Below, in pieces: positions 10,256-17,159 of a stretch of 64,000 bases of DNA (within the stretch, counting starts at the first letter, position 1; each line of letters opens with the position of its first letter). The translations under genes were made by a program, and so were the position numbers. Origin of the DNA: an uncultured Clostridia bacterium (GTDB taxonomy: Bacteria > Bacillota > Clostridia > TANB77 > CAG-508); NCBI GenBank assembly GCA_944387535.1, contig CALXFI010000001.1, positions 2,682-66,681 of the forward strand. The letters are read 5' to 3'. The notes beneath the pieces are model-generated. The model was not told the DNA's origin. It made no database searches and saw only the letters and a program-made list of their open reading frames with translations.

Positions 10256-11281
10256 TTATACGTTGGCATCAATATAATCTTTCGGATCAATATAAAACCA
10301 ACGTGTAAAACAGCCACCTCCACATATATGCCAGAGATCACACCTGATACATCTGCTACTAGGAAATCGCTTTACAGTATTTTTAAATTTTTTCACTATT
10401 TCACTATCCATTAGTTCTTCAATTGCATTTTCATTTTGTAAATTCAATGGTGCATCCTCAAATGGATAACCTAAAAAGTGATTACATGGTATAACTTTTC
10501 CATTAACATCAAACACAATCCCCGTACCTTTTTGTACGTAGCAACATGTGGAAACTCTTCCTTTTTTGAGCATTTCTTGCAAAACATCTTTTTCAATAAA
10601 ACACAAGGGAAATGAAAGTTCAATGGTATAATTAAAGTTATTTTTTTCTAATGTAGAAAAAATATAACTTGTGAAAGCTCCCATCTCTCTTATATCCATT
10701 GTCTTACTTGTTCCATCAATCTTCAAAGAAGGCTTTTCAAATTGAATAACTAAATTATCCAATTTTGATTTTAACAACATTACAACAAATTTATCAAACC
10801 TATCAGAATTATTCGATGTAACCACATAAGATATAGATGGCTCAATTCCTAAACTTTTTAAATTATGATACCCAGTAATAGCATCTTCTAAACCTACTTG
10901 ATGAGTATTTAAAAGATACTCTTGTTCTGAAAATCCTTTAATAGAAATATTTATACCATCTACTTTGGCCTCAAAAATTTGTTGTGCAAAAGCCATATCT
11001 TTGAATCTTTTACCATTGGTAGCAATTCTTATCTTCAACCCTTGTTCTTTAATATACTTAATTAGCTTCAAAATGTTTGGATAAATAGTAGGTTCTCCAC
11101 CAATTAATGTAATTGTATTGATTCCTTTTGTTTTCAAATATTTAACTATTTGTCTAGCCAAATCAAAATTCATATTTTGATTTTTTCCTAGAATTTTCCG
11201 TGCATAGCACCAATCACACATGCAATTACATGTATAATTTGTAGTTAACCAAGCAGCTGAAATATTTTGCATCTTGCTCAC
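10256..11281 (-). CDS. Radical SAM enzyme with a C-terminal SPASM domain; putative peptide-modifying maturase
   Basis: N-terminal CxxxCxxC cluster (CNCMCDWCY). C-terminal SPASM motif CIRCDLWHICGGGC plus additional upstream Cys residues. 341 aa. It lies directly downstream of a small Cys-containing peptide gene. Confidence 0.85.
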   Translation of the reverse strand: MSKMQNISAAWLTTNYTCNCMCDWCYARKILGKNQNMNFDLARQIVKYLKTKGINTITLIGGEPTIYPNILKLIKYIKEQGLKIRIATNGKRFKDMAFAQQIFEAKVDGINISIKGFSEQEYLLNTHQVGLEDAITGYHNLKSLGIEPSISYVVTSNNSDRFDKFVVMLLKSKLDNLVIQFEKPSLKIDGTSKTMDIREMGAFTSYIFSTLEKNNFNYTIELSFPLCFIEKDVLQEMLKKGRVSTCCYVQKGTGIVFDVNGKVIPCNHFLGYPFEDAPLNLQNENAIEELMDSEIVKKFKNTVKRFPSSRCIRCDLWHICGGGCFTRWFYIDPKDYIDANV

Positions 11282-11309
11282 TTTCCTTTGTCATTAGATT
11301 TTAAAAATT

Positions 11310-11339
11310 GGAGAGCCAGCTATCTCTAACTGACTCTCC
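11310..11339 (-). terminator. Strong hairpin GGAGAGUCAG..CUGGCUCUCC followed by a U-run, between the peptide gene and the radical-SAM gene. Probable partial terminator or attenuator.
   Basis: A 10-bp stem (one G.U pair) with a 9-10 nt loop is followed by AAUUUUUAAAAU on the minus strand. A second 6-bp hairpin (GGAGCU..AGCUCC) overlaps the stop codon at 11341-11360. Confidence 0.5.
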
Positions 11340-11350
11340 AGGAGCTTCAG

Positions 11351-11473
11351 TTACAGCTCCTTAGGGCACATAGGATCGCAATCGTAGTTCACGACCTTAC
11401 CCTCGACTCCCTCGACTGCATTATCAGATACAGTCTCAGTAGTCTTGGTCAACTCAAGCAGTTCCTTCAACAT
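11351..11473 (-). CDS. Putative 40-aa RiPP precursor peptide MLKELLELTKTTETVSDNAVEGVEGKVVNYDCDPMCPKEL
   Basis: The ATG is preceded by a strong GAGGAGGG ribosome-binding site at 7-nt spacing. An internal promoter lies directly upstream. The peptide is 40 aa with two Cys near the C-terminus. The gene sits immediately upstream of the radical-SAM/SPASM gene. The longer 67-aa ORF in the track (start 11554) lacks a ribosome-binding site. Confidence 0.6.
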   Translation of the reverse strand: MLKELLELTKTTETVSDNAVEGVEGKVVNYDCDPMCPKEL

Positions 11474-11518
11474 GCGAATCCCTCCTCTCTGTAAATAACA
11501 GATTGTTATAGCCTTACT

Positions 11519-11538
11519 GTAATTGCTAACGCAATTAC
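11519..11538. promoter_or_regulatory. Perfect 8-bp-arm palindrome GTAATTGCtaacGCAATTAC in the 5' UTR of the peptide gene; candidate operator or RNA hairpin
   Basis: Exact inverted repeat lying between the predicted promoter and the ribosome-binding site. Confidence 0.35.
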
Positions 11539-11544
11539 GATTAT

Positions 11545-11573
11545 ATACTACCACTTATTTTATGATAAGTCAA
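11545..11573 (-). promoter_or_regulatory. Putative sigma-A promoter for the peptide gene (-35 TTGACT, 17-bp spacer, -10 TAGTAT with a TATATAAT run)
   Basis: The motifs read on the minus strand and abut the GNAT stop codon. Confidence 0.4.
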
Positions 11574-12077
11574 CTAATTATGTAATTTTTGTTCAAATCT
11601 TATGTTTTTCACTTTCATATTTAAACTTTCATAAAATTTAATAGCTTCCCTATTAAATCTCCAAACTAATAATTCTATGCTATCTATGTCCTGTTTTTTA
11701 ACTAATTTAGTCATTTCATTATATAACTTCTTTCCAATTCCTTGTCGTTGCTCACCTTTTTTCACACTAATTTCTTTAATATTTAATATTCTTCTTTTTT
11801 TCATAATTTTACTATCTTTTATATTTTTTATTTCTGCAAAACAAATTCCTACAATTTTACCTTCTTTTTCTGCTACTAAGTATAGATTATTAATATTAGC
11901 TAGTTCATCTTTAAATGTCTCTATATCTAATGGTTCCGTATCTTTATATATATCTCCTCTTTCTTTTACATGTAAATTATGAACAGCTATCACCAATTCA
12001 TGAACTTGTTTAAAATCATTGCTTTTTGCTTTTCTTATAATAATTTCATCATTATTCATATTTCGTATTATCTCCAT
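11574..12077 (-). CDS. GNAT family N-acetyltransferase
   Basis: GNAT acetyl-CoA-binding motif QRQGIGKKL. 167 aa. A TTGACT-17-TATTAT promoter lies upstream at about 12090-12130. Confidence 0.8.
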   Translation of the reverse strand: MEIIRNMNNDEIIIRKAKSNDFKQVHELVIAVHNLHVKERGDIYKDTEPLDIETFKDELANINNLYLVAEKEGKIVGICFAEIKNIKDSKIMKKRRILNIKEISVKKGEQRQGIGKKLYNEMTKLVKKQDIDSIELLVWRFNREAIKFYESLNMKVKNIRFEQKLHN

Positions 12078-12241
12078 TTCTAAAAAATTTTTATTTAATT
12101 AATAATATATTTTTTTATTTTAATAGTCAAGTTCATTAACATTTAAAATATGCTTAATAATTTATAAATTTTATTATAATACCATTTATTGACATATTTT
12201 TACTATTTTTATATAATTACCACTTGAAAGGAATGATTTTT

Positions 12242-12664
12242 ATGGATTACGTATTTGAAAGAAGAATTAATTATTATGAAACTGATAGAATGGGAATTGT
12301 TCATCATTCTAATTATATTCGTTTTATGGAAGAAGCAAGATGCTATCTTCTTGATAAACTTGGTATGCCTTATTCTGCCTTTGAAGATAACAATGTTATG
12401 ATACCAGTTCTTGGTGTTAATTGCACTTTTAAACATCATGTTACTTTTAATGATGTTATATTAATAAAACTATATGTAAAAGAATTTAATGGTGTAAGAC
12501 TTACTATGGGTTATACTGCTACTGAAAAAAATACAGGAGAAGTTGTCTTTACAGGTGAAACTAAACATTGTTTTACAGATAAAAATTTAAGACCTATTCG
12601 TCTTCAAAAATCTATCCCTGATTTTTACAAAAAATTTAATGATTTAAAAGAAAAAGGTCTTTAA
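12242..12664 (+). CDS. Acyl-CoA thioesterase, YbgC/4HBT hot-dog fold family
   Basis: N-terminal YETDRMGIVHHSNY motif typical of 4HBT thioesterases. The start was chosen at the ATG preceded by AAAGGA. Confidence 0.7.
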   Translation: MDYVFERRINYYETDRMGIVHHSNYIRFMEEARCYLLDKLGMPYSAFEDNNVMIPVLGVNCTFKHHVTFNDVILIKLYVKEFNGVRLTMGYTATEKNTGEVVFTGETKHCFTDKNLRPIRLQKSIPDFYKKFNDLKEKGL

Positions 12665-12739
12665 TTTTCCTTTGATTTATGTTACAATGTAGTAGATTTT
12701 AGAAGAAAATGTCAAAAGATAAAACAAGGAGGATTTAAA

Positions 12740-13027
12740 ATGGAATTTAATAGATGTAGTAGATGTGGAAGTTTTTATGTTTCAGAGGGTAATGTTTGCC
12801 CTAAATGTAGTAAAAAAGATGGAGCTGAATTTATGCAATTTACATCTTATTTGGACGAAAACGGTTTTAATAATTCTTTAGATACTATTTCTAACCAAAC
12901 AGGTATATCTGTTAGAAACTTAAATCGTTTCATTGGATATCCTGAATTTAAAAATTATAAAAAAGATTTCAAAAATGGTATTATCCAAAACCAAGAAACT
13001 GGTTTTAACGGAATAACACTTAACTAA
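12740..13027 (+). CDS. Zinc-ribbon protein (CxxC..CxxC at the N-terminus), YvyF/TIGR03826-like
   Basis: Motif RCSRCGSFY..VCPKC. A GGAGG ribosome-binding site is present. A TGnTACAAT extended -10 element lies upstream at about 12686-12695. Confidence 0.5.
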   Translation: MEFNRCSRCGSFYVSEGNVCPKCSKKDGAEFMQFTSYLDENGFNNSLDTISNQTGISVRNLNRFIGYPEFKNYKKDFKNGIIQNQETGFNGITLN

Positions 13028-13043
13028 GAAAGGATTTTGATTT

Positions 13044-14255
13044 ATGGAAAATGTTATTGATTTGCTTAACGAAAGAGGTTATATCGAACAAATTACTCAC
13101 CCAGAAGAGTTAAAAGAACTTTTAGGAAAAGAAAAAATTTCTTTTTATATTGGTATAGACCCTACTGCTGATAGTTTACATGTTGGTCATTTTGTTTCAC
13201 TAATGGTTGCATCTCATATGCAAAAATGTGGACATAGACCAATTATATTAGTTGGTGGCGGTACTGCAACAATTGGTGACCCATCTGGAAAAACTGATAT
13301 GAGAAAAATGCTTTCTCGCGAAGAAATTAACCATAACGTTGCTTGTATTAAAAAGCAAGTTGAAAAATTTGTTAGTTTTGAAGGTGAAAACGCAGCAATA
13401 ATAGTAAATAATGCCGACTGGCTTTTAGATTTAAAATTTGTTGACTTTGTACGTGAAATTGGAAGCCTATTCTCTGTTAATAAAATGCTTGCAGCAGAAT
13501 GTTATAAACAAAGACTAGAAACTGGTCTTACCTTCTTTGAAATGAGCTATATGCTTATGCAATCTTATGATTTCTTACATTTATATAATGAGTATGGTTG
13601 TAAGTTAGAAATGGGTGGAAATGACCAATGGTCTAATATTATAGGTGGAGTTGATTTAATTAGAAAAATTGGTAAAGACGATTCTTTTGGTTTAACATTT
13701 AAACTTCTTACAACTAAAGAAGGTAAGAAAATGGGTAAAACTGAAAAAGGTGCCCTATGGCTTGCCCCTAACAAAACTTCTCCTTATGAATTTTACCAAT
13801 ATTGGAGAAATGTTGAAGATGATAGTGTAGAAAACGTTTTAAAAATGCTTACATTCTTACCTATTGAAAAAATAAAAGAACTTGCAAGCCTTAAAGATGA
13901 AAAAATAAATGATGCTAAGAAAATTCTAGCATATGAAATAACAAAATTGGTTCATGGAGAAGAAGAAGCTAAAAAAGCTGAAGAAGCTTCAAATGCATTA
14001 TTTAGTGGACAAGGTAACTTAGATAACATGCCTACTACTAAATTAGAAGATAGAAATATTTCAATCTTAGATGCAATTATTAAATGTAATATGGCTCCTT
14101 CTAAAGGACAAGCAAGAACGCTTATCAACCAAGGTGGTATATCTCTAAATGATGAAAAAGTTACAGATACAAACTACAAACTTTCAGACAATGACTTCAA
14201 AGATGGATATGCTATTCTTAAAAAAGGTAAAAAAGTATTTAATAAGCTAATATAA
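13044..14255 (+). CDS. tyrS: Tyrosine--tRNA ligase
   Basis: HIGH motif (LHVGHF), KMSKS motif (KMGKT) and a C-terminal S4-like domain. Confidence 0.95.
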   Translation: MENVIDLLNERGYIEQITHPEELKELLGKEKISFYIGIDPTADSLHVGHFVSLMVASHMQKCGHRPIILVGGGTATIGDPSGKTDMRKMLSREEINHNVACIKKQVEKFVSFEGENAAIIVNNADWLLDLKFVDFVREIGSLFSVNKMLAAECYKQRLETGLTFFEMSYMLMQSYDFLHLYNEYGCKLEMGGNDQWSNIIGGVDLIRKIGKDDSFGLTFKLLTTKEGKKMGKTEKGALWLAPNKTSPYEFYQYWRNVEDDSVENVLKMLTFLPIEKIKELASLKDEKINDAKKILAYEITKLVHGEEEAKKAEEASNALFSGQGNLDNMPTTKLEDRNISILDAIIKCNMAPSKGQARTLINQGGISLNDEKVTDTNYKLSDNDFKDGYAILKKGKKVFNKLI

Positions 14256-14270
14256 TAAAGTAAAAAAAAA

Positions 14271-14295
14271 GGCTCTTGAAAAGAGTCTTTTTTTT
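14271..14295. terminator. Intrinsic terminator (ggctcttgaaaagagtc followed by a T8 run)
   Basis: A hairpin plus poly-T follows the tyrS stop. An A-run upstream makes it bidirectional. Confidence 0.7.
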
Positions 14296-14350
14296 ACTTT
14301 ATTATATTTTACTCATTTCATATTATTTGTTTATAAACAACATTTTTTTA

Positions 14351-14995
14351 CTAATTGCTTGGTGGTGGTGGTGCTACTGTATTAAGAAAACTAATTTCAG
14401 GTACAAGGCTTCCCGGATCTTTATTATTTTTAGCCCATATTTCTACATTTAACTTATTTCCTTCAGCTATTACTTTAAAAGTTACTTCATATTCTGAATC
14501 ATCATAAGTTGTATAAGGCTCTCCTAAACCAATCTGCTTTATATAATAAGTATAATCACCTGGTTTAGTGAATGTAAATTCACCAAAATCAATGTTACCA
14601 TCTTCATCACTAGTAGCTTTACTAATTAAACTCTTATTTTCATCTCTTAATTCGAATTGTAAAACTCCTGCATATTTACTTATATCGCCACCATTTACAT
14701 TGACAGTAACTGGTAACGTAGTTTTTAGTATTTCATAAATTTCTGATTCTGATTCACCTCCAGTTGATGTTTCTCCCTTTGTCCAATTACTCATAATCTG
14801 ATTGTATTCATTAAGTATTGCCGCTTCATTTGCTGCTGCATTCTCTGTTTCACCTTTAGCTCTTTGTGCTTGAGTAAGTATTCCATTATCTCCTGTTAGC
14901 ATCGCAATTGAAACACCAGCTAGTATTAATAAAACTATGATTGTGATAACTAGTGCAATAAGTGTAATTCCTTTATCTTTCTTTTGTTCTTCCAT
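14351..14995 (-). CDS. Prepilin-like protein with a pilin isopeptide-linkage (Spy0128-like) domain
   Basis: The N-terminus KGITLIALVITIIVLLILAG resembles a class III prepilin signal but carries Ala instead of Glu at +5. The C-terminal part (FTFTKPGDYTYYIKQ..YEVTFKV) resembles isopeptide-bond pilin domains. Confidence 0.5.
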   Translation of the reverse strand: MEEQKKDKGITLIALVITIIVLLILAGVSIAMLTGDNGILTQAQRAKGETENAAANEAAILNEYNQIMSNWTKGETSTGGESESEIYEILKTTLPVTVNVNGGDISKYAGVLQFELRDENKSLISKATSDEDGNIDFGEFTFTKPGDYTYYIKQIGLGEPYTTYDDSEYEVTFKVIAEGNKLNVEIWAKNNKDPGSLVPEISFLNTVAPPPPSN

Positions 14996-15105
14996 ATTTA
15001 GTTCATCCTTTCTTTTTTATTTGTCTTATAACAAATTGTTTTAAAAGTCAATATAACATTTTGTTTTATTTTATAATTTTCTTAAAATTAGGAAAGGATA
15101 AATAT

Positions 15106-15333
15106 ATGAAAACTCGTATTAGAAATTTAAGAGAAGATAATGATTTAACACAAAGTGAATTAAGTAAATATTTAAATATCTCACAAGTTGCTTATTCTTA
15201 CTATGAATTAGGAAGAAGAACAATTCCTTTAGAATTGCTAAGCAAACTTGCAGATTACTACAATACAAGTATAGATTATTTATTATATAGAACAGATATT
15301 ATAAAACCATATCCAAAAAGTAAACAAAAATGA
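15106..15333 (+). CDS. XRE-family helix-turn-helix transcriptional regulator (75 aa)
   Basis: HTH_3 motif LTQSELSKYLNISQVAYSYYE. An AGGAAAGGA ribosome-binding site is present. It is paralogous to the ORF at 61737. Confidence 0.7.
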   Translation: MKTRIRNLREDNDLTQSELSKYLNISQVAYSYYELGRRTIPLELLSKLADYYNTSIDYLLYRTDIIKPYPKSKQK

Positions 15334-15350
15334 GGCAATGCCCCATTTTT
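15326..15350. terminator. Bidirectional terminator hairpin aaaaatg..aggcaatgcccc..cattttt between convergent xre and nnr
   Basis: A 7-bp A/T stem with a GC-rich loop overlaps both stop codons. Confidence 0.4.
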
Positions 15351-16240
15351 TATTTTCCTATTTCATTAATTGCTTCTGGTATTTTAGATATTGTATCAGA
15401 TGCTTTCATAGAAATATCATTTAATTCTTTCTCTGCTAGCTCTCCTGCTAAACCTGCTAAATATGCTCCTGCAGATATTGTTAAAACATTTGGCTCATTG
15501 TATCCTAAAATTCCTACTAATATACCTGATAAAACATCTCCACTTCCTGCAGTTGCCATACCTGCGCATCCTCTTTTTACTAAATAAGTTGTTTTTCCAT
15601 CTGTAACAGTAGTAGTATGTCCTTTAAGTAATAAAATAACATTATATTGTTTTGCAAACTTAACTGCAAGTTCTTGTGGATTACTTTTAATTTCTTCAAA
15701 ATTATAACCACTTATTCTTTCAAATTCCTTTGGATGTGGTGTTAATATTACTTTACACTTAGTTTTATTTAATATACTCTTATCCATTTTAGCAAGTGTA
15801 TTTAAACCATCTGCATCTATTACAACTGGTATTTCTTTTGTTTCTAATATGTAACTAAGTATTTTTTCATTATCTTTACTTTCTCCCCATCCCATACCAA
15901 TTGCTAACGCTTTTAATTTTTCTAAAGATTTATCTATTTCGTCTTCATTAAATATCATATGTCCATCTTTACTTTCTATTGTAAATAATGTTTGTTCTAA
16001 AAGATATGGCATAACACCATTTGCTATTTCTTTTGGTACTATAAGTCTTACAACTCCGCAACCAGATGTTAAAGCAGAGCTACTTAAATTTGCAAGCTTA
16101 ACAGCACCCGAATATTCTATGCATCCTCCCATTATTCCTACATAACCAAAATTTCCTTTATTTGAATTCTCATCTCTTTTATGAAATATACTTCTTATAT
16201 CTTCTTTTTTTAATTCTTCCATATTCATACCTCTTATCAT
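15350..16240 (-). CDS. NAD(P)H-hydrate dehydratase (YjeF C-terminal/Nnr family carbohydrate kinase)
   Basis: Motif GGCIEYSGAVKLA..GCGVVRLIVP and a C-terminal GSGDVLSGI motif. Confidence 0.8.
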   Translation of the reverse strand: MIRGMNMEELKKEDIRSIFHKRDENSNKGNFGYVGIMGGCIEYSGAVKLANLSSSALTSGCGVVRLIVPKEIANGVMPYLLEQTLFTIESKDGHMIFNEDEIDKSLEKLKALAIGMGWGESKDNEKILSYILETKEIPVVIDADGLNTLAKMDKSILNKTKCKVILTPHPKEFERISGYNFEEIKSNPQELAVKFAKQYNVILLLKGHTTTVTDGKTTYLVKRGCAGMATAGSGDVLSGILVGILGYNEPNVLTISAGAYLAGLAGELAEKELNDISMKASDTISKIPEAINEIGK

Positions 16241-16258
16241 ACAAAAAATATCTATTTT

Positions 16259-16443
16259 TACCTACATTTTTATACTTTTAACCTACATTTTTATAATTTA
16301 AACCTACATTTTTTATTTATACCTAAATTTTCTCATTTTAAACCTGAATTTTTTCATTTTATACCTGAATTTCTGCCATTTAATGTTGCATTTTTATCAT
16401 TCAACGTTGCACTTTTCTAATTTAATGTTGCGTTTTTATTTTT
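16259..16443. repeat. Array of nine contiguous degenerate direct repeats of 19-21 bp. The core ACCTACAtttttata grades into AATGTTGCAtttttat.
   Basis: Units begin at 16259, 16280, 16301, 16320, 16341, 16362, 16382, 16402 and 16423. There are no spacers, so this is not a CRISPR array. It lies in the 490-bp region upstream of nnr. Confidence 0.7.
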
Positions 16444-16690
16444 CAGCTATATTTATTTAACACTTTATATTTAAAAATTTACAGTGCCATTTCAGTGCCA
16501 ATTACAACGTTATTTTACATTCTAAAATTTAATGTTTATTCTTATTAATTTAAAATTAGAAATACTTAATTTGTTGAATACATTATAACAATTTTCAACT
16601 TTTTTTATATAAGTCTTTATTACTATTTATGTTGTTTCTAGTATATCAAAAAGATTATCCTTTTACAACTTTAAAATTGTTTTTATATTA

Positions 16691-16723
16691 TCTTGCAAAA
16701 TGAAACAAAAAAGGCCCGTCCCC
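16691..16723 (-). terminator. Intrinsic terminator tgaaacaaaa..(ggggacgggcc loop)..ttttgtttca
   Basis: A 10-bp stem is followed by a U-run on the minus strand, downstream of the ORF at 16731-17069. Confidence 0.6.
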
Positions 16724-16730
16724 TTTTGTT

Positions 16731-17069
16731 TCATCTGCTTCTTTGAACTATCTCTACAATATCTGATATATATTCTCCAATTACTGGTATATTTAATGTT
16801 ACTATTTTTTGAAGTATCATTACAAGTATTGCAGTAATTATTGTTACTCCTATTCCTATGCCAATTCCTCTTGATATTCCTGCAAAAAAGTTTCTTATAA
16901 ACATTTCTTTTTTATTTCCTAATAAATAAGTAAGTTCTACAAAATTTCCTTCTTGTAGTACTTTATTTAAATGACTTACTGACTTATTTAAGATATTTAA
17001 ATTTTCTTCTCTTTCTTTTTCCCTTTTCTTTTTTTCCTCACTTCTTCTTTTTATTTTATTAACAAACAT
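16731..17069 (-). CDS. Small membrane protein with a Gly-zipper (GISRGIGIGIGV), hypothetical
   Basis: Lys/Glu-rich N-terminus and a single TM segment at the C-terminus. Confidence 0.45.
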   Translation of the reverse strand: MFVNKIKRRSEEKKKREKEREENLNILNKSVSHLNKVLQEGNFVELTYLLGNKKEMFIRNFFAGISRGIGIGIGVTIITAILVMILQKIVTLNIPVIGEYISDIVEIVQRSR

Positions 17070-17159
17070 AAAAATCCACCTAATTATATAGTGGATTTTT
17101 TATGTCTGTTTTATTCTTTTTTGTTTCTATTTTTCATTTCATTTTGCTACTTTTTAATT

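Noticed and set aside
11351-11554. 67-aa version of the peptide ORF as given in the track
   Set aside because: The upstream ATG at 11554 has no ribosome-binding site and would overlap the promoter and palindrome. The internal ATG at 11473 has a strong GAGGAGGG site, so the 40-aa product is preferred.
12209-12439. 76-aa minus-strand ORF overlapping the thioesterase gene start
   Set aside because: It is antisense to a conserved 4HBT-family gene and its promoter region and has no ribosome-binding site.
16259-16443. Possible CRISPR array
   Set aside because: The repeats are contiguous with no unique spacers, they are degenerate and only about 20 bp long, and no cas genes are nearby. The array is better described as a tandem direct-repeat or iteron-like array.
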